Assembly: GCA_964447495.1 (NCBI GenBank)
Contig: CAYUTF010000010.1
Location: forward strand, 5,422-46,373
Length of the DNA stretch: 40,952 bases
Direction: 5' to 3'
DNA from: an uncultured archaeon
GTDB lineage: Archaea > Asgardarchaeota > Lokiarchaeia > Sigyniarchaeales > SOKP01
Both the position numbers and the translations under genes were made by a program. Positions within the stretch are counted from its first letter, which is position 1; every line of letters starts with the position of its first letter. This document shows, piece after piece, positions 9,558 through 18,715 of this stretch. Under the pieces are notes generated by a model. The model was not told the origin of the DNA. It made no database searches and worked only from the letters and a program-made list of their open reading frames with translations.

Positions 9558-11066
9558 TTATCCCTCCAGACCACTAATTCCTTTCACATCTCCTTCTTTA
9601 TCTAAACCTTCAGCTTTTCTAAAAAAATCCATTGTTCGTGAAGTAATTTCTTTAAAATAATCTTTTAACTTATTATCTACGTCGTTTGAAATCCCAGGTC
9701 CCTTTTGAGTTTCGAGGATTTTGTTAACTTTTTCTCGTGCTCTCACAATGATATCTTTTGAACCATTTCTCTTCCAAATCCCTCTTCTATCCCTATCCAT
9801 TAATTTGGGTACGAAGATTTCTTTTCTGGTATTTTTCGCTGTGTGTTTAAGCATTAAATAATTCTTTCCTTCTAATGCTACCCTTTTGATTTGTTCAATA
9901 GCAAGGGTTTCTTCATCTACATTTATTCCGTCTCTTCCTCTATTAACTATATCTATTAATTCGTCATCAATTACCAAGAGTTCTAGTGATTCTGCCAGTG
10001 ATGATTCATAAGTACCAGCACAGGTGATATAATTAATACCTGCATTCGCAGCAAAAGATAACGTCATAAATCTTTCAAACCCATTTTGAATATCAAAACA
10101 TTTTGACTCAGTTACCGCCCCTGGTCCACGTGATGGAATATTATAATAACGTGCTAATTGAGCTGCGCCTGCCGTTATTAATCCCGTTTCAATTGAACCC
10201 CATGCTACATTTCCAGTGGGAGGATCCATAGGGCAATTCATAGTTGAATAAAATACAGGTGCTCCGGGATTAATTAATTCGGTTAGTACGATGGATGAAA
10301 GAACTTCCATATTAGATTGAACCAATAATCCTGCCAAAGTCACTGGTGCGGTTGATCCAGCACTCGCAGCAGGTGCAATTATGGTTGGTTGTTTATATTT
10401 TGCAAAAATAAATAATCCATTTAATAAAATTTTAGTCATCATCAATGGACTTGTTGGATTGAAAAAACCTATTAATCTTGGTTTTTTGATTAATTCCTCC
10501 TCGCTTCCCACAATAATGAACGTAAGATTCATCATATCTTGGCTCGCAATCCTTCCATAACATCCAAGACCATATGGTTTTGAACTATTCATTGCCCATG
10601 CTCGAATAGTGTGATAATGGGTCTCTAAATAAGGTACATCATTGGGCCATACATCAACATGAGAACATCGAATGTTTTTGAGGCTATCCACTATTCTAAT
10701 CTGGGAAACATTATCGCTTAGAATTGTTTTTCTTATACCTTGCTTATGTTCGGGATCATAAATTTTGATCGGGGTCCCTACAGTAGCGAAATTTACATTT
10801 CTCGTATTTATTTCAAACTTATAAGTTCCATCAGAACCCCATAATGTAAATGAATCGGGAACCCTATTTAGTTGTTCTTTCACAAGACTTTCGGGGAATT
10901 TAACATAGTCACTTTTCTCATCAATATCTGCGCCATTCTCTTGTAATAACTTCTTTGCCTCAGGAGAATCAACTCTTACGCCAATACTTTCTAATAGGTC
11001 AAGGGTGTGATTATGGATTAATTCAATTTCATCTTGAGATAACACACTAATGCGATTTGTTTTCAT
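9558..11066 (-). CDS. MttB-superfamily corrinoid methyltransferase, non-pyrrolysine (copy 1)
   Basis: LSQDEIELIH N-terminus, AGSTAPVTLAG, NPGAPV, QLARYYNIPSRG...SK..D.QNGFE; no in-frame TAG. Confidence 0.9.
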   Translation of the reverse strand: MKTNRISVLSQDEIELIHNHTLDLLESIGVRVDSPEAKKLLQENGADIDEKSDYVKFPESLVKEQLNRVPDSFTLWGSDGTYKFEINTRNVNFATVGTPIKIYDPEHKQGIRKTILSDNVSQIRIVDSLKNIRCSHVDVWPNDVPYLETHYHTIRAWAMNSSKPYGLGCYGRIASQDMMNLTFIIVGSEEELIKKPRLIGFFNPTSPLMMTKILLNGLFIFAKYKQPTIIAPAASAGSTAPVTLAGLLVQSNMEVLSSIVLTELINPGAPVFYSTMNCPMDPPTGNVAWGSIETGLITAGAAQLARYYNIPSRGPGAVTESKCFDIQNGFERFMTLSFAANAGINYITCAGTYESSLAESLELLVIDDELIDIVNRGRDGINVDEETLAIEQIKRVALEGKNYLMLKHTAKNTRKEIFVPKLMDRDRRGIWKRNGSKDIIVRAREKVNKILETQKGPGISNDVDNKLKDYFKEITSRTMDFFRKAEGLDKEGDVKGISGLEG

Positions 11067-11243
11067 ATATAATTAATCCTCAACTTCTTGTTAGTAGTTT
11101 TATTTTTTATTAACAAGTTGAACAAGCTTCTTTATTTTAGTATTATTTACCCTTAGTTTATCTATTTTTTGAAAAACTTTTTTTGAAATTAATTGTTGTA
11201 TAAATTAAAATTTTATAGAAATTATTGGATAGAGAAACTTCAT

Positions 11244-11888
11244 ATGTCTATTGAAGAAAAAATGAAAAATCTCGTAGTTGAATGGGATGAGGATGGATTA
11301 AAAGAATTTTGTAGTTCACTTCTTGAACAAAAACGATCCTCAGCAGAAGAATTGTTGAAGATAATAGGCAGTATTATGAAATTTATTGGTGACCAATTTG
11401 AAAATGAAGAGATATTTCTTCCAGATTTAATTGGGGCTGCAAATGTAGTAAAAACTGTTATTGATGAGGTTTTAGACCCAGCAATTAGAGCTATAGGCGG
11501 TGAAAAAAATACTTTAGGAAAAGTAGTTATAGGAACAGTAGAAAGTGATGTCCATAGTATTGGCAAAGATTTAGTAGCTTCATTTCTTTTTTCCAACGGT
11601 TTTGAAGTATATAATTTAGGTGTTGAGGTGACTGCTGAAGAATTTATTAATAAAGCAGAAGAAGTGAGCGCTGATATTATTGGAATGTCCTCTTTATTAA
11701 CAATGTCAATGGATTTTCAAAAGCAAGTCATAGAAGAATTAATTAAAAGAGGTTTGAGAGATAAATACAAAGTAATCGTAGGAGGAGCTCCTACATCAGA
11801 GGAATGGGCTAAGCAGATAGGTGCTGACGCATGGGCTGATGATGCAATCGAGGCAATAGCCGCTATAAAAAAAATAATTAAAAATTAA
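11244..11888 (+). CDS. Methyltransferase cognate corrinoid protein (MttC/MtbC-like)
   Basis: FENEEIFLPDL cap domain; B12-binding DVHSIGK...SSLLT...VIVGG. ATG 11244 preferred over TTG 11193. Confidence 0.92.
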   Translation: MSIEEKMKNLVVEWDEDGLKEFCSSLLEQKRSSAEELLKIIGSIMKFIGDQFENEEIFLPDLIGAANVVKTVIDEVLDPAIRAIGGEKNTLGKVVIGTVESDVHSIGKDLVASFLFSNGFEVYNLGVEVTAEEFINKAEEVSADIIGMSSLLTMSMDFQKQVIEELIKRGLRDKYKVIVGGAPTSEEWAKQIGADAWADDAIEAIAAIKKIIKN

Positions 11889-11909
11889 AGGTAAAGATAT
11901 GAATTTTTT

Positions 11910-13439
11910 ATGAAATTAAAAAAAATAGATGTTTTTTCTCAAAATGAATTAGAAGAAATACACTCCGCATCTTTAGAATTATTAGCGAGTGTTGGAATGA
12001 AAGTGGATTCAGATAAAGCTAGAGCTATCTTACAACAAAATGGAGCAGAAGTAAACGAAGACACTCACTTTGTCAAATTTTCAGAATCATTAATCAAGGA
12101 GAAATTAAAATCTGTTCCGAGTTCTTTCACACTGCATGGTCCAGATGGGAAATTTAAAGCTACTGTGGATGTTAACCACACCGAATTTGCAACTATAGGT
12201 ACTCCGGTCAAAATCTATGACCCCGATCATGATAAAGGTGTAAGAAAAACGGTAATGGCAGACACTATAAATCAAATACGCATTGTGGATAGCTTAGAAA
12301 ATGTTATATGCTCTCATATTGATGTTTGGCCAAATGATATTAAATATACGGCAATTCATGCACATTGTATATATCAATGGGTTAAAAATACAAAAAAACC
12401 TTATGGTCTTGGCTGCCTTGGTAGATTAGCAAGTCAAGATATGATGAATTTGGCATCTTTAATCGTGGGAGGCGATGAGGAGTTGATTAAACACCCTCGC
12501 CTTGTAGGGTTTATGAATCCAACCTCTCCACTACATTTACCTCAATTGATGACAAATGGATTCGAAGTTTTTACAAAGTATAAACAACCAACTATTATAG
12601 CTCCAGAAGCGCTAGCGGGTACATCTTCCCCGGTGACCTTAGCGGGATTGATAACACAGACAAATGCGGAAATTCTTGGAAGCGTGGCTCTTTCACAGAT
12701 ATATAATCCAGGGGCACCTATATTTTATGGTACAGTATCACATATCACAGATATGAGAACAGGGAATTCTGCCATGGGCTCAGTTGAGATGGGCCTTATA
12801 ACTGCAGGAATTGCACAATTAGCCCGTTATTATAATATTCCTTCGAGAGGTCCTGGTTGTGGTTCAGATTCAAAAGTATTAGATTTGCAAAATGGATATG
12901 AACGAATGCAAACCCTAATGCTTGCAGCTCAAGCAGGTATCAATTATATCACCTGTGCTGGTACTTATGAAGCAACTTTAGTTGAAGCGTTAGAATTATT
13001 GGTAATTGATGATGACTTAATAGGGATGGTTAAACGTGCAATAGAAGGGATAACTGTCACGGAGGATACAATTGGAATAAATGTAATAAAGAAAGTTGCC
13101 ACTACAGAGCGAAAAGGAGTCAATTTTCTTGCCGAAAAGCATACAAAAGATCATATGAAGAATGAATTATACTTTCCAAAATTATCTGATAGAAATAGAA
13201 GGGCAACATGGTATAAAAAAGGCGCAAAAGATATCATAATTCGAGCAAGCGAGAAAGTCACAGAAATTTTACAATCGCACCAAGTAAATGATCTACCAAA
13301 AGAGCTTGAAGAAAAGTTGTTAAATTATATTAAAGAAGTAGAAGCTCGTACATTTGATGAATATAAGAAAGCAGAAGATCTTATGGTTGATAGTATTACT
13401 CTACCCGATGGGATTGAGATTAAAGACGAAAAAAAGTAA
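11910..13439 (+). CDS. MttB-superfamily corrinoid methyltransferase, non-pyrrolysine (copy 2)
   Basis: Close paralog of 9558-11066 (FATxGTPxKIYDP, GINYITCAGTYE, QLARYYNIPSRGPG); no in-frame TAG. Confidence 0.9.
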   Translation: MKLKKIDVFSQNELEEIHSASLELLASVGMKVDSDKARAILQQNGAEVNEDTHFVKFSESLIKEKLKSVPSSFTLHGPDGKFKATVDVNHTEFATIGTPVKIYDPDHDKGVRKTVMADTINQIRIVDSLENVICSHIDVWPNDIKYTAIHAHCIYQWVKNTKKPYGLGCLGRLASQDMMNLASLIVGGDEELIKHPRLVGFMNPTSPLHLPQLMTNGFEVFTKYKQPTIIAPEALAGTSSPVTLAGLITQTNAEILGSVALSQIYNPGAPIFYGTVSHITDMRTGNSAMGSVEMGLITAGIAQLARYYNIPSRGPGCGSDSKVLDLQNGYERMQTLMLAAQAGINYITCAGTYEATLVEALELLVIDDDLIGMVKRAIEGITVTEDTIGINVIKKVATTERKGVNFLAEKHTKDHMKNELYFPKLSDRNRRATWYKKGAKDIIIRASEKVTEILQSHQVNDLPKELEEKLLNYIKEVEARTFDEYKKAEDLMVDSITLPDGIEIKDEKK

Positions 13440-13450
13440 TATATACATAA

Positions 13451-14164
13451 CTAAACCATTTTTCTTTTTTTGAAAAATCTAATAAATAATTCTATTAAAT
13501 CAATTTTGAGTAGGATATACATTAGTATTATTATTAAATATAGAGATACTATACTCAAAATCCAGCTTTCTCCTCCAAATAAATTACAAATATTAAATAA
13601 ATTATATGCAAAAACTAACATCAATCCTAATTTTCCTAACCAACACCAGAATACCGTTTTCTTAAGAGAGTATTTTAGCATTCCGAGGGGAATTGTAACG
13701 AAATCATCGGATATAGGAGTTAATGCAGCAACAAAGATAAAGAACGGCCCAAATTTTGGATGTTCAAGTAAAAATTGGTGATATTTGCTCAAGTTACTCT
13801 TGTTTTTTTCAGAAATTAGCTTTATAGAGCCTCGCCCGACAAAATATCCCCCTAATTCTCCTATTAAACAACCAAAACTTGCCACTAAAGCCAGAAGGAG
13901 AGGGATTCCGAAATGCAAGTTATAAAATGGTAATGAGCTGTAACATAGAACAAACGTATAGGGTGTAGGAAAAGGAAGGAGATTTCCTATCAATGTCACA
14001 ATAAAAGTAATTAATATCCCTGAAAATAAATTTTGGAAAGGGGGATATTTTGAGATATTTTCTATAAGATTACGATGTGTCTCATTTAAAATAAAATCTA
14101 TTGAAATAACGGATATGATTATTAAACTGATGATAAACCCAATATCTAATGTTTTTAATCGCAT
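13451..14164 (-). CDS. DedA/VTT (SNARE-associated) membrane protein
   Basis: GCLIGELGGYFVGRG and ALTPISDDFVTIPLG motifs; hydrophobic profile. Confidence 0.8.
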   Translation of the reverse strand: MRLKTLDIGFIISLIIISVISIDFILNETHRNLIENISKYPPFQNLFSGILITFIVTLIGNLLPFPTPYTFVLCYSSLPFYNLHFGIPLLLALVASFGCLIGELGGYFVGRGSIKLISEKNKSNLSKYHQFLLEHPKFGPFFIFVAALTPISDDFVTIPLGMLKYSLKKTVFWCWLGKLGLMLVFAYNLFNICNLFGGESWILSIVSLYLIIILMYILLKIDLIELFIRFFKKRKMV

Positions 14165-14244
14165 TTTTCATGAAAGAAATTCTCTATATAAAATAAAAGA
14201 TTAACGATTTAATAGTTAATGAATGGAAGCTAATTAAATTTTAA

Positions 14245-15009
14245 TTATGAAAGAGATTTTTTATTTTTTTTAATACTATCATCAATTTCAGTATGTTCTT
14301 CTTTTCCATCAACTTTTTCAAGGAGCTCTGTTAGAACAACATTATTGTAGGAGATAAGAATTCTTGGGATTAGATTTTCTACCATATATGGTCCATCTTC
14401 TACCTCTTCCTTTAAAGGAAATAATTGGGGTTCTTTTATGACAGTATGAGGATAATTTTTATCCAATTCTTTATAACCATATAACTTATTTTTTACAATG
14501 ACCATCTTTCTTTTATAACCCTCTGGTAGTCCCGCCTTTTCAAGTATTAAAAGGATTTTTTCTAAGGATAATTCCTTTAGTAGTTCTAAATCTTCCTCTG
14601 TTCCTTCATAAGCGGGACCCGTCTGAGCTTTTGAATAATCAATCTCATCTTCTAAGCCGAGCATAACCTTAAATCCACGCGTCTCTATATCTTGATCTAC
14701 GGCAGATATTCTAAATGCAATTCCATGTTTGTCTCTTATCGGTGCTGCCATTTTCGCAGCAATGAACTTCATTCGAGTTGTAGTATTTAACCCATGCCAC
14801 AACCATACACGATAATGCTGAGGATCAATAAAAAGTAAGATAAAATCTTCGTCTAATAAATCAGATAATCGAACGTCAGGATCAATGATCAATTCTTCAA
14901 AGTCTCCAACTTCATCATTAAATTGATACACTGTTATGGAAAGTTCCTCTCGTTTAGGAATTTCGCCATCTTCTTCATCTTCTTTAAAAGGAGGTTGTTG
15001 ATTTGCCAT
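14245..15009 (-). CDS. Asgard gelsolin-like protein: one gelsolin domain plus domain X (1DGelX-type)
   Basis: LLDEDFILLFID...RVWLWHG..TTTRMKFIAAKMA gelsolin core, then LPEGYKRKMVIV...PRILIS...LTELL, resembling domain X; acidic N-terminal tail. Confidence 0.75.
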   Translation of the reverse strand: MANQQPPFKEDEEDGEIPKREELSITVYQFNDEVGDFEELIIDPDVRLSDLLDEDFILLFIDPQHYRVWLWHGLNTTTRMKFIAAKMAAPIRDKHGIAFRISAVDQDIETRGFKVMLGLEDEIDYSKAQTGPAYEGTEEDLELLKELSLEKILLILEKAGLPEGYKRKMVIVKNKLYGYKELDKNYPHTVIKEPQLFPLKEEVEDGPYMVENLIPRILISYNNVVLTELLEKVDGKEEHTEIDDSIKKNKKSLS

Positions 15010-15214
15010 AAGAAATTAGGGTATAATGAAATGAATTCTAGTATAATAACTAGTTTTAATAATATATTAGTATTATTGATATTAAAATTAATATGCTATT
15101 TGCTTAATTATTAACAAAAGGAAGATAACAAATACTATTGTAAATTATCTACCTTAATATTAATTGAGTAGTATATTATATTTAAGAAATACTTTACCCC
15201 TTAAGAACTAAAAT

Positions 15215-15299
15215 GCGGGGATTGCCAAGTCTGGTTAAAGGCGCTGGACTCAGAATCCAGTCCCGTAGGGGTTCGGGAGTTCAAATCTCCCTCTCCGCA
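15215..15299 (+). tRNA. tRNA-Leu (anticodon CAG)
   Basis: Acceptor GCGGGGA/TCTCCGC with A discriminator; anticodon arm CTGGA-CTCAGAA-TCCAG; long variable arm; T arm GGGAG-TTCAAAT-CTCCC; no intron and no encoded CCA. Confidence 0.97.
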
Positions 15300-15313
15300 T
15301 TAATACTAAAATT

Positions 15314-17464
15314 TCATATTAATTCTAGTTCATTTTTACAATTGGGACAAAACAAAGGGAATTCCTCTTCGCAAGGTTCTAAATCATCACCACTTAACAT
15401 TTTTCTCCAGCATATAAGTTTTTTTTCAGATTTCACCATATCTCTTCCATGATGTTGAGGTAGAATATTACGAATATTGCAGGTTTTACAGATAATTAAT
15501 TTTGCTTCATTTTCCACAGTTTTGACAGGAAGATCTCTATATTTTACTTTATGCCTGAAAATTCGCATACCATTGAGTAATATAGCTAAAGAGAGGCCCA
15601 TATCACCTATTCCTACAGCTAACCATAACGTCATGAGCCCTATTATAGTAAGGATTGCGAATGATACTTTTATAAGAATAGAGCTCCATATATTTTGTTT
15701 AATTATCTTATTAGTTTTTTTTGCAATATCAAAAAAAGTAAGAATTTTTTTTAGATCATCACTCATTATAATTACATCCGCGGTTTCAAGAGTTAAATCA
15801 GTAGCAGAAACCCCTATAGCTATTCCTAAATCAGATAATGCCAAAGCTGGAGCATCATTAATTCCATCTCCAACCATGGCAACTCCCTTGAAGTTTTTTT
15901 TAAACGATTCGATCTGCTCTAATTTTTGATTCGGTAAGAGTTCACCTTGAGCATTATCAATATCTAAACATGCCCCTATAGTATTACATACTTTTTGCGT
16001 ATCTCCTGAAATTAAACTTGTTTCAATTCCCCTCCTTCTTAAACCATCGATAAGAATTGGAGCAGAAACTCTTAAAACATCTCTAATGGTTATAATAGCT
16101 AAAATTTTTTCGTGACTGCCAAGAAATATGGGAATTACGCCTTGCTCCCTAATTTCATTAAGAGTTTCTTCAGGAAGCTTATAGTTTAAATTTTCTAAAT
16201 ATTTCTGGCTTCCAACATGATATAAAGTACCATTTATAAACCCTTTTATGCCCATTCCTTTAACGATTTCAAAATTATCTACAGAATATAAGGATAAATT
16301 CATCACTTGTGCTTGATTGACAATAGCATTTGCAATAGGATGTTCAGAAAGTGATTCTAAACTAGCAATAATTTTTAACATTTCTTCTTTTGTGGAATCA
16401 AAACTGTAAATTTCAAATACTTTCAATTTTCCTTCTGTTAGCGTTCCCGTTTTATCAAAAGCCACTAATTCGACATTATCAGCTAATTCGATAAATTTAT
16501 TTCCTTTCACCAAAATCCCCTCTCTTGCGAGTTTGGTTAAAGCACTAATATTTGCTAATGGCGTAGATAATGTCAATGCACAAGGACATGAAACTACTAA
16601 TAATACTAATCCCCGATAAAACCAATTATAAAAGTTAAATCCAAAAAGTGGAGGGATAACCATAACTAAGATTGATGAGAGAAGGATAATTGGGGTATAA
16701 TATTTTGCAAACTTCTCTATAAATCGTTCATGTTTACCTTTATTTTGCTGGGCAATTTTCACACTTTCGGCAATTTTAGCTACTATAGTGTTGGTGCTTT
16801 CTCTAGTAACTTCAATATCTATAAAACTATCAGAATTAAGGCTGGCTGCAAATACCTCATCACCTTCTTTTTTAAAAATTGGAACAGATTCACCCGTGAT
16901 CGCACTTTCATTGAAATAAGAACTTCCAGTAATAATCACACCATCCAAGGGTACTTTCATACCCGGTTTTATACCTATGATATTTCCAATTTTTATCTCT
17001 TTTGAGGGAACATTTACATATTCATTATCCGTTTTTAATAATGCCTCATCTGGAGCAAGTTCAAACAATTCTTTAATAGCATTTCTTGACTTGCCTGTTG
17101 TTATTTCTTCTAACCTTTCTGCGATAGCGTATAATAATAGAGCTGTTGCACCTTCTTGACCATGCAGTATAAAGAATGAAGCAATCCCCGCAATAATCAT
17201 TAATAAATTTGCGGTTACTTTCTTTTGACTTAGATCTTCGATTATCTCCTTAACCACTCCAGAGCTCGAAAGGAGGATTGAAGCAAGTGCTAAGACTTGA
17301 GCAATTACTACAACTTCAAAAGCAAAATCTAAAAAAATAGAAATGCCAAGTAGCATCACCGCAGAAATTATGAAATACCAGAATTTTTCTTCAAAAAAAG
17401 ATACTTCTTCTTTTTCTTCATCCCCAATTTTACAAACAGATGAAGAACATGCAATAGAAGTTAT
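15314..17464 (-). CDS. Heavy-metal P1B-type ATPase (ZntA/CadA-like) with C-terminal Cys/His domain
   Basis: TGES, SCPCAL, DKTGT, SEHP, GDGINDAP. The frame is open 35 codons upstream of the track start (17359) to an ATA preceded by AGGTGA; start uncertain. Confidence 0.9.
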   Translation of the reverse strand: MTSIACSSSVCKIGDEEKEEVSFFEEKFWYFIISAVMLLGISIFLDFAFEVVVIAQVLALASILLSSSGVVKEIIEDLSQKKVTANLLMIIAGIASFFILHGQEGATALLLYAIAERLEEITTGKSRNAIKELFELAPDEALLKTDNEYVNVPSKEIKIGNIIGIKPGMKVPLDGVIITGSSYFNESAITGESVPIFKKEGDEVFAASLNSDSFIDIEVTRESTNTIVAKIAESVKIAQQNKGKHERFIEKFAKYYTPIILLSSILVMVIPPLFGFNFYNWFYRGLVLLVVSCPCALTLSTPLANISALTKLAREGILVKGNKFIELADNVELVAFDKTGTLTEGKLKVFEIYSFDSTKEEMLKIIASLESLSEHPIANAIVNQAQVMNLSLYSVDNFEIVKGMGIKGFINGTLYHVGSQKYLENLNYKLPEETLNEIREQGVIPIFLGSHEKILAIITIRDVLRVSAPILIDGLRRRGIETSLISGDTQKVCNTIGACLDIDNAQGELLPNQKLEQIESFKKNFKGVAMVGDGINDAPALALSDLGIAIGVSATDLTLETADVIIMSDDLKKILTFFDIAKKTNKIIKQNIWSSILIKVSFAILTIIGLMTLWLAVGIGDMGLSLAILLNGMRIFRHKVKYRDLPVKTVENEAKLIICKTCNIRNILPQHHGRDMVKSEKKLICWRKMLSGDDLEPCEEEFPLFCPNCKNELELI

Positions 17465-17654
17465 GATTTTTCACCTATGTAATAATTGTCTAAATTCGAA
17501 TTAGAATTTATCATTTATGGACTATAAAAGAATGACTCTATAAAGGAACGTGTATAATGGTTTTTTTAAGATGTTTTTATTTTTGATAAATATTAAAGTA
17601 TAATAATTCAAATAACTATATTTGAAAATTAATTTACACTTAATTTTTATTTGT

Positions 17655-18560
17655 TCACTTTATGATATACATCAACTTTTGACTCTCTTGTTCTTCCAGC
17701 TTTAACTTTCGCCTGATTGCATTTCGAATTATATACCCTCCAATATGCAATATCGAATCTTTCAGTATAGAATCTTGGTCCATTGAGGCATTACAAGGAT
17801 AAGCATGATGGGCTTTACTTATTCTTTCGTTTAAAGAAAGTTCTCTATTTTTCCCATTCTTAAAGTACTTTGATTTTAATTGTTGACAAATGTAATAAGT
17901 ACTTCCACATGGAGCACTTTGAATTACACATGTATCTTCAATGGATTCGCCATCTTTACTTAATAGAAATGAAACAATTGGTTCTCCTATCTTAAAATAT
18001 TCTATAAACTCTAAAATATATGATCTTTCTTTGGTGATATTAAACCCAACTTTATTATATTCATTCAAATTACCACTTAAAGCACAGAAAGGTTTTGGAA
18101 AAGCAGCTTGAATTCCAAATTTTTCAAAATCCTCTAAAACCTGCACTTGGAGTCCAGGTGGGACCCACTTAGGATCTTCAACTGGTATGATTACAGCTTT
18201 AATTTCTTTATCTTTAAGATAATATGGTAATTCGGCGAGTAAGTCTTGATGAATTCCAACTACTAATAAAAAATCTACATTTGGAAGATGTTTTGGAAAA
18301 TACATTTCTGGAGACTCAATTAACTCAGGGGCATCTTTTCCGAGTTGTTCATAATAATAAATATTACTAGAAAAGTTTGATACACGCTCTCGGCATTTAT
18401 CACATTTAACATTTTGTTCTAATGATTCACAAGCTTTGCAGAAATCATCATTGCTGATGAGATTTCCCACAAATTTTTGAGTAAGCATTATTGTATCTTG
18501 ATCGATTCCATATATAATTCCAAGTGTATATTTTTTGAGACTCATTGTTATAATAATCAT
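17655..18560 (-). CDS. DUF166 family protein
   Basis: GIHQDL, PKPFCAL, SAPCGST, HHAYPCNASM and ILHIGG motifs; the start may be 18545. Confidence 0.75.
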   Translation of the reverse strand: MIIITMSLKKYTLGIIYGIDQDTIMLTQKFVGNLISNDDFCKACESLEQNVKCDKCRERVSNFSSNIYYYEQLGKDAPELIESPEMYFPKHLPNVDFLLVVGIHQDLLAELPYYLKDKEIKAVIIPVEDPKWVPPGLQVQVLEDFEKFGIQAAFPKPFCALSGNLNEYNKVGFNITKERSYILEFIEYFKIGEPIVSFLLSKDGESIEDTCVIQSAPCGSTYYICQQLKSKYFKNGKNRELSLNERISKAHHAYPCNASMDQDSILKDSILHIGGYIIRNAIRRKLKLEEQESQKLMYIIK

Positions 18561-18715
18561 ATGAAAAATTTTATCTGTTATTATAATAAAAAATAAATCA
18601 TATAATCTTTAAGCCGAACATATTCGATCTTTAATTTAAGGCAATAATATAAGTTAAATATAAGAATTAAGATTCTTATCATGAATATATGATATAAAGA
18701 TATTGAATAATTCTC

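Noticed and set aside
9558-13439. Pyrrolysine recoding in the MttB homologs
   Set aside because: Both frames are uninterrupted; the Pyl-equivalent position is a standard residue (Val or Gly), and no pyl genes are present.
15215-15299. tRNA as the attachment site of an integrated element
   Set aside because: I found no second copy of the tRNA 3' end, and no integrase or viral genes in the window.
15213-15452. 79-aa ORF MRGLPSLVKGAGLRIQ...
   Set aside because: It is a translation of tRNA-Leu plus the antisense strand of the ATPase 3' end.
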